A program made the translations under genes and the position numbers. From contig OY776215.1 in the NCBI GenBank assembly GCA_963675495.1, forward strand, positions 1,888,001 to 1,952,000: a stretch of 64,000 bases of DNA, written 5' to 3'. Each line of letters begins with the position of its first letter. Position 1 is the first letter of the stretch. A model generated the notes under the pieces. That model was not told the origin of the DNA. It worked only from the letters and a program-made list of their open reading frames with translations, and searched no databases. This stretch comes from an uncultured Methanolobus sp. GTDB lineage: Archaea > Halobacteriota > Methanosarcinia > Methanosarcinales > Methanosarcinaceae. This document shows, piece after piece, positions 38,658 to 49,509 of this stretch.

Positions 38658-39476
38658 TTATTCCATGGGGACCAGATTATCCATCACTTCTGCCATGACC
38701 CGGTGGCGTACCATATAATCGTGCACGTTCTCATTTGCCCTTCTTATTGCGTAACCATCCTTGCACCAGTCTATAGGTTGCATGTATTCTACTTCCATAA
38801 GGGTCAATCCATATGCAGACGCAGGTTCCAGTCCTTCTTCGTAAGATTCAGGGTCAAGCATCTGATTAAGCCACTGCTCGTCTCTTACTCCGCTTCCAAC
38901 CATTGTAAGGGCAGCAACCATCTTTCTTACCATATTTCTAAGAAAACTATTTGCCTGTATGTCGATCTTTGTCAGGGTTCCGCTGACACGTACATCTATT
39001 TTTTCGATATTGCGGACTGTGTTCTTGTCGCCTTGTTTGGTACAGAAATTTGCAAAATCATGTTTCCCCTCAAGTATCTTAGACGCAGATCTGATCTTGG
39101 AAATGTCGTATTGCTCCCCGCTCATGACGTATCGGTACTTACGGCTGACAGCCCATCTTCTGGGATCAAATTCATCCGGGACTTCTGCATATGCCCATAC
39201 CCATATTGAGTTTGGGAGCTTGGAATTGATTACCCTTGGTATAGCAAGGTTTGGTTTATCTGTGTCAAATGCAATTACCTGTTCCCTGGCATGAACTCCT
39301 GTATCTGTTCTCCCGGAGCTTGAAAATCGTGCTGATTTCGGGTCTTCAATGATCTCAAGCTCAGTGAGTGCACTGAACAACTCACCTTCTATCGTTGCAG
39401 CATCCGGCTGAACCTGTGATCCATTATATCCGGTGCCTACGTATGCTATTTTCAGAGCAACTCTCATACCGTTCAC
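38658..39476 (-). CDS. truA: tRNA pseudouridine(38-40) synthase
   Basis: Y.G..Y.GSQ.QP, GRTDTGVHA, HDF..F, FL..MVR, GL.L. Confidence 0.95.
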   Translation of the reverse strand: MNGMRVALKIAYVGTGYNGSQVQPDAATIEGELFSALTELEIIEDPKSARFSSSGRTDTGVHAREQVIAFDTDKPNLAIPRVINSKLPNSIWVWAYAEVPDEFDPRRWAVSRKYRYVMSGEQYDISKIRSASKILEGKHDFANFCTKQGDKNTVRNIEKIDVRVSGTLTKIDIQANSFLRNMVRKMVAALTMVGSGVRDEQWLNQMLDPESYEEGLEPASAYGLTLMEVEYMQPIDWCKDGYAIRRANENVHDYMVRHRVMAEVMDNLVPME

Positions 39477-39483
39477 TCAGGCC

Positions 39484-40494
39484 TCATATGTTCTTTTTTC
39501 TATAATACATTTCTCTTACGAACAACAAAGAGATAATAAAAATACATCCAAATAGGAACCAAATGCTGACATGCGACAGGAGCCCCTGCTGAAAGATTCC
39601 TGATGCCGGCTCAGCAAGTGCTGTCATGTTATCAGTGACCCCTGTTGAAGTAGGGAGCGCAGGTGTCTGGTTTCCAGTAGCTGTGTTTACGCCTTCTCTC
39701 AAAAGGTCAGTTCCTGCATCAGTTCCATTTGGTGCAGATGATGCAAACATCTCTGGATTCATGTCATCAACAGGCAGTGTATCTGAACTTAATGATTCGG
39801 TGGGCACATCGTAATCAGGGACATCTGATGAAACCATCTGCTCGTCAAAATCAACATCCATGGCGACATCATCTGCAGGTAGTTCGGCTTCGGTGAATGC
39901 TTCAGCTTCCATTTCTGGTATATCCTGCTCCATTGCTTCTCCGCCTTCTGCAAAAGTATCCTCAATGGCCTCTTCAGTAGCAACATCCTTGCTCATGGCT
40001 GCCATTGGTTCTTCATCGAACATTGGGGCAGTAGCAGCTTCCTGTGATATTGAGGGTCCGCCCCCCATCCTTAGGTTTCTGGTCATTGCTTCAAGTCCTG
40101 TGGCTGCAAAAACAGCACCTGCAACAAGTCCCAGGTATTTTTTCAGCATACTTAAAACGGATGATCTGTCGCTTTTCATATTACCTGGAGCGACGACTAT
40201 CAATTTTTGCACCGGTTCGTATATCTTTACTTCTCTTCCCTTGCGGCTCCACTTTGTTTCTTTGACCTTTATGAGGTCTGCTTCTATAAGTCCGTCAAGA
40301 TTGTACTTGACAGTTGTAAGTGGAATTTCTAATGTTTCGGCCACGTCGCTTGCAGACATGGGTTTATCTGCAAGGATATCGAGCATTTTCATCGCTTTCT
40401 CATTGGAAAGTACCTGGGTGATCTTTTTCGATCCCTCTCCGAGGGGTACAATGAGCACTTTTTCGGAATTTGTGTTTTCTTCGTTTTCTCTCAT
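39484..40494 (-). CDS. Membrane-tethered ArsR/HTH transcriptional regulator with acidic low-complexity loop
   Basis: N-terminal wHTH (SASDVA..L..PLTTVKYNL..L..A.LI), hydrophobic segment, D/E-rich linker, C-terminal TM and basic tail. Confidence 0.8.
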   Translation of the reverse strand: MRENEENTNSEKVLIVPLGEGSKKITQVLSNEKAMKMLDILADKPMSASDVAETLEIPLTTVKYNLDGLIEADLIKVKETKWSRKGREVKIYEPVQKLIVVAPGNMKSDRSSVLSMLKKYLGLVAGAVFAATGLEAMTRNLRMGGGPSISQEAATAPMFDEEPMAAMSKDVATEEAIEDTFAEGGEAMEQDIPEMEAEAFTEAELPADDVAMDVDFDEQMVSSDVPDYDVPTESLSSDTLPVDDMNPEMFASSAPNGTDAGTDLLREGVNTATGNQTPALPTSTGVTDNMTALAEPASGIFQQGLLSHVSIWFLFGCIFIISLLFVREMYYRKKNI

Positions 40495-40630
40495 ATAATG
40501 CAGTATATAAACATAGGCTTATATTTTTTCCTTTAACTTCAATTCTGTTTGAAGTCTTCACTATTTCAGGAGCAACTCGAAAAGTTAAAGAATAGCTAGA
40601 ACAATATGGGATAAATTCTAGGGGCTTATT

Positions 40631-41698
40631 ATGATTACAAAAGAAAACATCATGGAAATTGTAGGGGACTATGATCTTGACAATATTAGTATTGCAACCG
40701 TATGTTCTCACTCCAGTCTTCAGATCTTTGATGGGGCAAGGAAAGAAGGCTTCAAGACTATAGGAATTTGCGTGAAACAGCCACCGAGGTTCTATGATGC
40801 GTTTCCACTGGCAAAGCCAGATGAATTTATCGTGGTCGACAGCTATCAGGATATTCCTAATATAGTCGATGAACTCGTGGCTAAGAATGCCATTGTGATT
40901 CCACATGGTTCATTTGTAGAATATCTGGGCATAAAGAAATTTGCTGAACTTGCGGTTCCTACATTTGGAAACAGAGCAGTTCTCGAATGGGAATCTGACC
41001 GGGAAATGGAAAGAGAGTGGCTTGAAGGCGCTGGAATTCATATGCCTCGGCAGATCAAACCGGAAGATATCGATGGCCCTGTGATGGTAAAATATCATGG
41101 TGCCAAGGGTGGACGTGGTTTCTTTATTGCGAAGAATCAGGATGAGTTCGAGGAACACGTAGACCCCAATGAGAAATACACTATTCAGGAATTCATAGTG
41201 GGTACACGATATTATCTTCACTACTTTTATTCTCCTCTTCAGGAGGAAGGCTACCAGCTAAGCGAGGGTATACTTCAGATGCTCAGCATGGACCGCAGGG
41301 TAGAATCAAATGCTGATGAGATCTTCAGGCTTGGTTCACCAAAAGAGCTGGAAAATGCAGATATCCATCCAACATATGTGGTAACAGGAAATGTTCCGCT
41401 TGTTGCAAGAGAATCTCTTTTGCCATTGATCTTTGAACTTGGTGATAGAGTCGTTGAAGAGTCTATCAAACTGTTCGGTGGGATGATCGGTCCTTTCTGC
41501 CTTGAGACTGTATTCACAGACCAGCTCGAGATCAAGGTATTCGAAATATCTGCAAGAATCGTTGCAGGAACTAATATCTATCCAAATGGTTCTCCGTATT
41601 CTGATTTTGTGGAGCCTGGACTTTCCACAGGAAAGCGTATTGCACAGGAGATCCGGGCTGCCATAGATTCCAAACAGCTTGATAAGATCCTATCATAA
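40631..41698 (+). CDS. purP: Formate-dependent AICAR ligase (FAICAR synthase)
   Basis: SHSSLQIF.GA..EG, PHGSFVEY, GAKGGRG, RESLL, GPFCLE, FEISARIVAGTN. Confidence 0.92.
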   Translation: MITKENIMEIVGDYDLDNISIATVCSHSSLQIFDGARKEGFKTIGICVKQPPRFYDAFPLAKPDEFIVVDSYQDIPNIVDELVAKNAIVIPHGSFVEYLGIKKFAELAVPTFGNRAVLEWESDREMEREWLEGAGIHMPRQIKPEDIDGPVMVKYHGAKGGRGFFIAKNQDEFEEHVDPNEKYTIQEFIVGTRYYLHYFYSPLQEEGYQLSEGILQMLSMDRRVESNADEIFRLGSPKELENADIHPTYVVTGNVPLVARESLLPLIFELGDRVVEESIKLFGGMIGPFCLETVFTDQLEIKVFEISARIVAGTNIYPNGSPYSDFVEPGLSTGKRIAQEIRAAIDSKQLDKILS

Positions 41699-41829
41699 AA
41701 ACGGGATATATCCATGAATATGCATTAAATGCAGTTTTCATGGATCACTTGATTTTTTGCGTTCTTATTTTTGTAAATATTTGCATTCGTTACTTTTGAG
41801 TCTAATTAGATGATTTATGTCAATTAAAA

Positions 41830-41973
41830 AAGCTTTTTGCTACTTAGTTATTGTATCAAAAGGAAAGAGGAATCTCACATAATGATGGTTTGGGTGAAGT
41901 TTGGGGTATGATACATTTAAGAATCAATGCATCAGAGGGGAATGATGTGATGACGGAGATTCCTCATTCCCCT
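41830..41973 (-). ncRNA. Candidate structured sRNA (~140 nt)
   Basis: Minus-strand TATA near 41989-41998, terminal stem 41862-41876/41956-41970 (14/15), inner hairpin with a G.U pair only on the minus strand, U-tract end. Confidence 0.5.
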
Positions 41974-42135
41974 ACATATGTATAGACCTATATATATTTT
42001 GTCAATTTGCTTTGGTCCGTATTTTTATTTTAGAGTGTCTGCTGCAGTTCATTTTAATCTTTTAAAATAGTATATTTTACAATTTGGATGCAAATAAAAA
42101 ATACTATATACTGTGGACATCTCTCTTTGTCTGAC

Positions 42136-43392
42136 ATGAAAAACTCTTTAAATGCAGGTGTTTCAAAACAGCAGTACATCCTTGGTGGAAATGGTGAAGA
42201 TGTTCTCCTTTATCTTGGGAGGTATCTTGCACGTGACAGGTCTTCAGGTTCCCATGTTTCTCTGGATGTGAACCATCCACATGCTATATTCATTGCAGGG
42301 AAAAGAGGGTATGGTAAATCGTACACCATGGCAGTTCTCATGGAAGAACTGATGATGCTTCCTGATGAGACTAAAGATAACGTCTCTTCTGTTGTCATTG
42401 ACACCATGGGAATTTTCTGGACACTTAGGAAGAGTAATGAGACACAAGAATCCACAGTTCATGAGTGGGATCTTGAAACAAAGGAATTTGACATTGATAT
42501 TTTCGTACCTGCAGGAAGCCTGAAAAGCTATGAAGATCGGCATATTGTAGCTCAACCGTTGTCCCTTCCGATCTCGCAAATGGACGGTCATGAGTGGTGC
42601 AAATTGTTTGGCATAGAAGCAGTTTCTGCACCTGGTGTTCTTACAATCAGAATTATTGATGATCTTAAAAAAAATCCAACTTTTTCCTTTGATGATATCA
42701 TCGACCTGGTAATGGAGGACGAACGTTCTGATTTAGTGACCAAAGGTGCTGTGGAAAACCATTTCAGAACTGCTATATCATGGGGTATATTCGCTGAGAA
42801 GGGAGAGGGAATTGAGGAAATGGTCAAGGGTGGCTCTACGTCTGTTATTGATGTAAGTACGATAAGAAGTGAAGCTGTAAGGTCTGCACTGGTCAGTTCC
42901 ATCGCCCGGAACATCTATCATCTAAGGCTTGATGCAAGGCGTTCTTATGAACGAATGATGATGGGCGATGAAAATGTTGAAAAGGGCATTCCCATGGTAT
43001 GGCTGTTCATCGATGAAGCCCAGCAGTTCTTGCCATCCCAGGGTAACACTCTTGCTTCTGATGTCCTGTTGAATGAATGGCTAAAGCAGGGACGTCAGCC
43101 CGGTCTGTCATTGGTGCTCGCAACCCAGCGACCTTCTTCCATCCATCCTGATGTGCTTTCACAGTCGGATATTGTTATATGTCATCGTCTTACATCCCAG
43201 GATGACATCAGTGTTCTCGAATCTGTCAGGCCAACCTACATGAAAGAAAACTTTGGTGATTCTATCATAAAAATGGGCTCCGAAAAAGGAGCAGCATTTG
43301 TTGTGGACGATAACACAGAAGCAGCTCATATAATCAGGATGAGGCCGCGTCTTAGCTGGCATGGTGGAGACGATCCGGCAATATTATCTTAA
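42136..43392 (+). CDS. HerA/FtsK-like (DUF87/DUF853) P-loop ATPase
   Basis: GKRGYGKS Walker A, WLFIDEA Walker B, GRQPG, ATQRP. Confidence 0.85.
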   Translation: MKNSLNAGVSKQQYILGGNGEDVLLYLGRYLARDRSSGSHVSLDVNHPHAIFIAGKRGYGKSYTMAVLMEELMMLPDETKDNVSSVVIDTMGIFWTLRKSNETQESTVHEWDLETKEFDIDIFVPAGSLKSYEDRHIVAQPLSLPISQMDGHEWCKLFGIEAVSAPGVLTIRIIDDLKKNPTFSFDDIIDLVMEDERSDLVTKGAVENHFRTAISWGIFAEKGEGIEEMVKGGSTSVIDVSTIRSEAVRSALVSSIARNIYHLRLDARRSYERMMMGDENVEKGIPMVWLFIDEAQQFLPSQGNTLASDVLLNEWLKQGRQPGLSLVLATQRPSSIHPDVLSQSDIVICHRLTSQDDISVLESVRPTYMKENFGDSIIKMGSEKGAAFVVDDNTEAAHIIRMRPRLSWHGGDDPAILS

Positions 43393-43637
43393 TTCTGTTT
43401 TTTTCTGTTTCTGCACAAATGTGGCTGTATATCAGTGGAATAGTCAGGTAACTTATATATTATTATAAAAGGTTCTTTACGCAGAACCAAATATGTATAT
43501 GTAAATATAGAAGATCAACCACGGGAAATTGTTTGTGGTGAATAGTAATTGTTCCAAAAACCGGAATTATTTATTCTGTGGTATTCTGTTTTTCATTATC
43601 TTCTGTAAACTAAAATCCTATATTGATAAGTGATTCG

Positions 43638-44951
43638 ATGAAATCATACCAACGCAGGCAACAAAATATTGTAGATAGAATTGATTCTGAGGAACCCCTC
43701 ACAAAATGGAATGACTGGAAATGGCAATTGAGACATTCAGTCACTGATATTGATACGTTTGAAACGCTTCTTAACATCAAATTTGAGGCAGATGAAAGGG
43801 AAGCACTTGAGAAGACACTGGATACATTTCCGTTATCCATAACTCCTTACTACCTTTCACTCATCGAAGTAGAAGATTTCAGGAACGATCCTATCTTCAT
43901 GCAATCCTTCCCATCCCCTAATGAACTGATCCTTTCCTGCGATGACATGGAAGATCCGTTAAGTGAAGATCATGATAGCCCGGTACCGGGAATTACGCAC
44001 AGGTATCCTGACAGGGTGCTCTTCCACATAAGTAACGTGTGTTCTATGTATTGCAGGCACTGTACAAGAAAAAGAAAAGTGGGTGACGTGGATTCCATTC
44101 CTGTAAAAGATGAAGTTCTTCAGGGAATTGAATATATAGCCAGCCATCCGGAGGTAAGGGATGTCCTGCTCTCAGGCGGTGACCCTTTCATGCTTTCAGA
44201 CGAGTATCTTGACTGGATTCTCACAGAAATCCGGGCAATTCCACATGTAGAAGTGATAAGGATTGGCAGTCGAATGCCCGTTGTTCTTCCATTCCGCGTA
44301 ACTGACAATCTTGTGAATGTGTTGAAAAAACACCATCCTGTATGGGTGAACACTCATTTCAATCATCCTCGTGAAGTCACAGCTTCTTCAAGAGCAGCTC
44401 TGCGAAAACTTGCAGATGCAGGAATTCCACTGGGTAACCAGACTGTCCTGCTTGCAGGGGTGAATGATTGTTACAGGATACTGAAGAAACTCTTCCACAA
44501 GCTGGTAGAGAACAGGGTCAGGCCATATTATCTGTATCAGTGTGACCTCTCGGAGGGTTTGACACATTTCAGGACATCTGTTGGCAAGGGCATGGAAATA
44601 ATGGAAAATCTGATTGGCCACACCAGTGGGTTTGCAGTTCCGTCCTATGTGATAGATGCTCCCGGTGGCGGTGGCAAGATCCCGGTTATGCCAAATTATC
44701 TAATTTCATGGTCCACTAACAAGGTTATTTTGAGAAACTATGAGGGTGTGATCACTTCATATGCGGAACCGGATTCATACGAAGCTGTATATTGTGATCG
44801 AAAATGTGATGACTGCAAATTACAGTTAAAACTTGATGATGCAAAGGAATCAAAATCAGTGGGAATTGCAAGTCTGCTATCTGATTATGATGATGCATTG
44901 AGTCTGGTACCTGAAGATACCGCGCGCATGGAGAGAAGGAACGTTGCGTGA
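43638..44951 (+). CDS. ablA: Lysine 2,3-aminomutase (radical SAM)
   Basis: [44 protein letters not shown]; followed by ablB. Confidence 0.95.
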   Translation: MKSYQRRQQNIVDRIDSEEPLTKWNDWKWQLRHSVTDIDTFETLLNIKFEADEREALEKTLDTFPLSITPYYLSLIEVEDFRNDPIFMQSFPSPNELILSCDDMEDPLSEDHDSPVPGITHRYPDRVLFHISNVCSMYCRHCTRKRKVGDVDSIPVKDEVLQGIEYIASHPEVRDVLLSGGDPFMLSDEYLDWILTEIRAIPHVEVIRIGSRMPVVLPFRVTDNLVNVLKKHHPVWVNTHFNHPREVTASSRAALRKLADAGIPLGNQTVLLAGVNDCYRILKKLFHKLVENRVRPYYLYQCDLSEGLTHFRTSVGKGMEIMENLIGHTSGFAVPSYVIDAPGGGGKIPVMPNYLISWSTNKVILRNYEGVITSYAEPDSYEAVYCDRKCDDCKLQLKLDDAKESKSVGIASLLSDYDDALSLVPEDTARMERRNVA

Positions 44952-45777
44952 TCATATCGAAAAGATCGCAGGTTCCCTGATACAACATGGTCCATTCAAT
45001 GACCGTGTGTATCTCATGAAGCTTGCGACAGATGACTTTGAGAATTTGCCATCTGTCATTGAAGATATTGCACAGGAAAACAATTATTCGAAGATATTTT
45101 CCAAGATTCCTGTGTCTGCAAAGGAATACTTTCTAAGCAGGGGTCACATCGAAGAGGCTCACATACCCGGATTCTTCAACGGAGATGAAGATGCAAGTTT
45201 CATGGCAAAGTACCTTTCTCCGGTGCGTATGCAGGAACCAAATTCTCAGGAGAATAGTTCCGTTCTTAAGGCTGCTATCTCAAAGTTCAATGTTTCCAAA
45301 GATGTGAAACTTTCAGATGATGAACAATTCATTGTTTGCAGTGAAACAGACACTTCGGAGATGGCCGACCTGTACAGACAGGTCTTCCCAAGTTATCCTT
45401 TTCCCATAAGTGATGTCACTTATTTACTTAGGACAATGTCTGAAGATTCTGTTTATTTCGGAATACGGAGAAACGGTAAACTTGTTGCTGTATCGTCCTG
45501 TGAGATGGATATTGCCAACAGCAATGTTGAGATGACCGATTTTGCCACAGTTCCTGAATCACGGGGAAAGGGCTATTCCTATTATCTGCTGGATGAAATG
45601 GAAAATAATATGCGTGAGATCGGGATCAAGACTGCATACACCATTGCAAGGGCCAGGTCATACGGTATGAATACGGTTTTTTCGCGTCATTCCTACATCT
45701 ATGCAGGAACTCTTGTAAACAACACCAATATTTCCGGGGGTATAGAAAGTATGAATATATGGTACAAAAAGCTTTGA
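44944..45777 (+). CDS. ablB: Beta-lysine N-acetyltransferase
   Basis: F.SYPFPI, EMTDFAT.P..RGKG, YTIARA.S.GMN, G.L.NN.NI.G..ESMN.W; overlaps ablA. Confidence 0.93.
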   Translation: MRDHIEKIAGSLIQHGPFNDRVYLMKLATDDFENLPSVIEDIAQENNYSKIFSKIPVSAKEYFLSRGHIEEAHIPGFFNGDEDASFMAKYLSPVRMQEPNSQENSSVLKAAISKFNVSKDVKLSDDEQFIVCSETDTSEMADLYRQVFPSYPFPISDVTYLLRTMSEDSVYFGIRRNGKLVAVSSCEMDIANSNVEMTDFATVPESRGKGYSYYLLDEMENNMREIGIKTAYTIARARSYGMNTVFSRHSYIYAGTLVNNTNISGGIESMNIWYKKL

Positions 45778-46221
45778 TCAGACGTAATAGATGCTGTCCT
45801 TGATACTTTTGGTTATGATCTCTACACTGTAATTCTGTACTGGTATCTCGTAAAGAAGATGATTGTTTATGAAGCTGGATAATTCTTCTTCATTATTGAA
45901 AAGACCGAATGCCTTGATGGAATATTGACCGGTTGTCTGGTATATTTTGATGAATTCATCGATTTGCATAAGTTTCTTTATGCTTTCCTTTGTTTTTTTA
46001 GGCTCCATCTCCAGGTTGAATATCACAAAGGTATGTTTGCCAAATTTTTTGGGATTCAATAACACGGTATAATTTTTGATGAATCCTTCATCCTCCAGCT
46101 TTTCAAGTCTATATCTGACTCCGTTCTCGCTGAGACCAACTTCTTTGGCTATCTCTGATATTGGCGTCCTTGCTCCATTTTGCAGCATGGTAAGTATAAC
46201 TTGATCCTTCTTGCTGACCAT
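45778..46221 (-). CDS. Lrp/AsnC family transcriptional regulator
   Basis: D..IL..LQ..AR.P.SEIA..VGLS...V..R...LE..G.I..Y, TG.Y. Confidence 0.92.
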   Translation of the reverse strand: MVSKKDQVILTMLQNGARTPISEIAKEVGLSENGVRYRLEKLEDEGFIKNYTVLLNPKKFGKHTFVIFNLEMEPKKTKESIKKLMQIDEFIKIYQTTGQYSIKAFGLFNNEEELSSFINNHLLYEIPVQNYSVEIITKSIKDSIYYV

Positions 46222-46412
46222 CTGCTTAAACTTGGGTTTATTATTACTAATGATTTTTCATTATGGTATGCTCTTGCATCAGTTATCGTTTACTTTGAGT
46301 AATGTTTATAGCCCCTTCGATCCGCCAGTAGTATTATTTAGTATAATGATATCTAATGTATAGTTTCAATTTTAGTATTGATAATCATTAATAATCTTAA
46401 TCAGGTGGAAAT

Positions 46413-46892
46413 ATGAACGGAAGAGTCTGGAAATTCGGAGATGATGTTGATACGGATGCTGTGATTCCGGGAAGGTATCTTATCATGAATACTCCGAAAG
46501 AGCTTGCTGCGCATGCTTTTGAAGGTGTAAGGCCTGAATTCCCAAAAGAGGTCAAAGAAGGTGACATTATTGTTGCCGGTAACAATTTTGGTTGCGGTTC
46601 TTCAAGAGAACATGCTCCAATTGCACTGAAAGGGACAAAGATAAGCTGTGTGATCGCTAAATCATTCGCACGTATCTTTTTCAGGAACTCAATTAATATC
46701 GGTGTGGCACTTCTAGAATGCCCTGACACTGACAAAATAGACGATGGCGATGAACTGGATGTTGATTTTGCTTCCGGTACGATCAAAAACATCACAAAGA
46801 ACGAACAGTATCATGCAACACCTTTGCCGGAATTCGTAAGGGGTATTATGGATGCTGGCGGTCTGATCGAATACACAAGACAAATAATTTGA
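46413..46892 (+). CDS. leuD: 3-isopropylmalate dehydratase small subunit (LeuD/HacB family)
   Basis: GDDVDTD.VIPGRYL, NFGCGSSREHA, SFARIFFRN; adjacent to leuB-like gene. Confidence 0.88.
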   Translation: MNGRVWKFGDDVDTDAVIPGRYLIMNTPKELAAHAFEGVRPEFPKEVKEGDIIVAGNNFGCGSSREHAPIALKGTKISCVIAKSFARIFFRNSINIGVALLECPDTDKIDDGDELDVDFASGTIKNITKNEQYHATPLPEFVRGIMDAGGLIEYTRQII

Positions 46893-46949
46893 TCATAGTC
46901 TGATCATTATCTTTGTTATTATCAAGAAAATCTTATCTTAGGAGTAATC

Positions 46950-48077
46950 ATGACACAGTATAAAGTACCTGTAATTCCAGGAGACGGTATAGGACCTGAG
47001 ATCATTGCAGAAGGCCGAAAGGTAATCGATGCTGCAGGTGAAAAATTTGGATTTGATGTTGACTGGGTAGAATTCCCACACGGTGCAGATCACTATCTCG
47101 AAACAGGTGAGCTAATATCCGAAGATTCACTAAAAGAACTTTCAGGCTACGAGGCCATCTATCTTGGTTCCATTGGTGACGACAGAATAGCACCAGGTGT
47201 GCTTGAAAAAGGTATCTTGCTTGCAGCAAGGTTTTATTTTGATCAATACATCAACCTGCGTCCAATTAAACTTCTTGAAGGTGTCTGGACTCCTATCAAG
47301 GACAAAACCCCTGCAGATATTGACTTCACAGTTGTCAGGGAAAATACCGAGGACTTCTACATTGGTATAGGCGGACGTGCAAAGAAAGGTGAAAGCAAGG
47401 AACTTCTGGAAGTTTCAAGATCTCTTTACTCTGCAAAGTTCGGTCTTGATATTGAGACTGACAGTGAGGAGATTGGCTACCAGATCGGTATGATCTCAAA
47501 AGAAGGCACACAAAGAGTCATCAGATATGCATTCGATCTTGCTGAGAAGAGTAAGAAGCATGTATCATCTGTAGACAAGGCAAATGTACTTTCCGACATC
47601 TACGGTTTCTGGAGAGAAGAATTTAATAATGTTGCATCCGAGCACCCTGAAGTTACTACAGACTTCAACTATGTTGATGCAATGACCATGTGGTTCGTGA
47701 AGAATCCTGAATGGTTCGATGTTGTTGTAACACCAAACATGTTCGGTGATATCATCACTGACCTTGGTGCAATGGTTCAGGGAGGACTTGGACTTGCACC
47801 TGGTGGAAACATTAACCCTGAAGGTACCAGTATGTTCGAGCCGATCCATGGTTCTGCACCAAAGTATAAGGGAATGAACAAGGTCAACCCAATAGCTACT
47901 ATATGGGCAGGTGCCATGATGATCGAGCAACTCGGTGAGAAGGAAGCTGCAGATTCCATTGTTTCTGCAATCGAGACTAACATACTTGATGCAAAGGTCC
48001 GCACCTATGATATGGGCGGTTCTGATGGTACTTCAGATGTTGGTGACGACATCGCAAGAATAGTTCTTGGAAAGTAA
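46950..48077 (+). CDS. leuB: 3-isopropylmalate / isocitrate family dehydrogenase
   Basis: [35 protein letters not shown]. Confidence 0.82.
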   Translation: MTQYKVPVIPGDGIGPEIIAEGRKVIDAAGEKFGFDVDWVEFPHGADHYLETGELISEDSLKELSGYEAIYLGSIGDDRIAPGVLEKGILLAARFYFDQYINLRPIKLLEGVWTPIKDKTPADIDFTVVRENTEDFYIGIGGRAKKGESKELLEVSRSLYSAKFGLDIETDSEEIGYQIGMISKEGTQRVIRYAFDLAEKSKKHVSSVDKANVLSDIYGFWREEFNNVASEHPEVTTDFNYVDAMTMWFVKNPEWFDVVVTPNMFGDIITDLGAMVQGGLGLAPGGNINPEGTSMFEPIHGSAPKYKGMNKVNPIATIWAGAMMIEQLGEKEAADSIVSAIETNILDAKVRTYDMGGSDGTSDVGDDIARIVLGK

Positions 48078-48458
48078 ATTCTTATTTTGCATCCATTTAG
48101 GATGCATTTTCTTATATTTTCTGTTTTACAATTCATATGGATATTTTTCTGTTTTTGATATTATCCTAGAAAATCCAAAAATATGCCAATAGTGTTTTTT
48201 CTATATTCGGTGAAGGTTTTGGCGGAATTTACAGCAAATTCGAAAGCAACAATTTTGTGATTCGTTCATTTTGAGGCCGATTGATGTCTATTTTTTATTC
48301 GTTATATCTCATTATAATAATGGTAATTATACCATCTGCAATAGATATATTTATATATTTGTATTTGTACCATTTAAGTATAAACGCACTATTTGCTAGG
48401 CTTTTAGAATTAGATAAGTTAACAATAATGACCTTCATTCAAAGGAGTGTGGCCTTTT

Positions 48459-48767
48459 ATGGCAAAAACAATTGAAGAACTGGAAAATGACCTTGATGTC
48501 ATGAACGAGATGTTTCGTAAATATGTAAAGATCTCTTTAAATTATCAAACACAGATAGACAATGCTGAAATTCCTGAAGATCAGCGTAAAGCTCTGATGG
48601 ATAAACTTGCAGTTGAAAATGCGAAGGTTCAAAAAGCAAAAGAGCAAATGAAAAAGTTCGAGCAGACTCTTGAATCTCTCAAAACGTCCAATCAGAAACT
48701 AAAAGAGGTTGCTTCCTGTCAGGAAACACCTAGGGAATCATCGGATTATCTTGTGGCTTATATGTAA
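48459..48767 (+). CDS. Hypothetical coiled-coil protein
   Basis: Helical, charged composition; GGAGTG RBS before ATG 48459. Confidence 0.7.
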   Translation: MAKTIEELENDLDVMNEMFRKYVKISLNYQTQIDNAEIPEDQRKALMDKLAVENAKVQKAKEQMKKFEQTLESLKTSNQKLKEVASCQETPRESSDYLVAYM

Positions 48768-48796
48768 AAAGCCACAAATTGTATTTTCAGTAAAAT

Positions 48797-49501
48797 TTAA
48801 CCAATTATTCTGGTTCCAAGATAAATTTCTTTTTTATCTTTGTTATTCTCGTTTTCCTGCACAATGACTTTCAGGACATTCTGTGGGTCGCTGCCTTCCA
48901 TTACTATGGTTTCAATTTTGCAACGTTCTATTATTTTTGCAGCCAGTGGGTCAACAGGTGATTTGGACCCTGCTTTCATTTCAGTGGTCATCACTGTGTT
49001 CACGAGTTGGTTTGCCGTCATTGTGTCATATTTGATTGCCTGTGGGTCCTTACGTGGGTCTGCAGAATATACACCGTCAACAGCCGTGGATATGACCAAC
49101 ATGTCCGCTCTGAGATATTCAGTGAGTATTGCAGCTACTGCATCGGTTGTTTGTCCGGGGATAACTCCTCCCATGACAATTATCTTTCCAGAAGACAGTA
49201 CTTCCTGAGCCTGTTTGTAGTCCTTAGGGGGTTCGGGATAGGCGGCATCTCCAAGTGCAGATATCAAAAGTTTTGCGTTCAAGCGGGTTATGTCTATGCC
49301 TATGTAGTCACATTCAACCTCATTTGCACCTGTACTGCGGGCCACATTGATGTAATCTCTTGCAGCTGCGCCACCTCCGGTTACTACCACTATCTCATGC
49401 TCTTTTGCAAGCTCTTTAAGCGTATTAGCATATCCGAGAAAGCTATCCGGGCTAAGTTCTTTTGCCAGTATCGATCCACCGACTGATAATATAATTAACA
49501 T
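48797..49501 (-). CDS. pyrH: UMP kinase
   Basis: S.GGS, GGG..AR.YI, PGQTTD.VAA, VDGVY..DP, DP.A. Confidence 0.95.
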   Translation of the reverse strand: MLIILSVGGSILAKELSPDSFLGYANTLKELAKEHEIVVVTGGGAAARDYINVARSTGANEVECDYIGIDITRLNAKLLISALGDAAYPEPPKDYKQAQEVLSSGKIIVMGGVIPGQTTDAVAAILTEYLRADMLVISTAVDGVYSADPRKDPQAIKYDTMTANQLVNTVMTTEMKAGSKSPVDPLAAKIIERCKIETIVMEGSDPQNVLKVIVQENENNKDKKEIYLGTRIIG

Positions 49502-49509
49502 GATAATCT

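Noticed and set aside
48281-48475. 64-aa hydrophobic ORF as another microprotein
   Set aside because: It crosses AT-rich promoter DNA of the downstream gene and lacks an RBS and the [ND]-x4-[KQR]...VYL pattern
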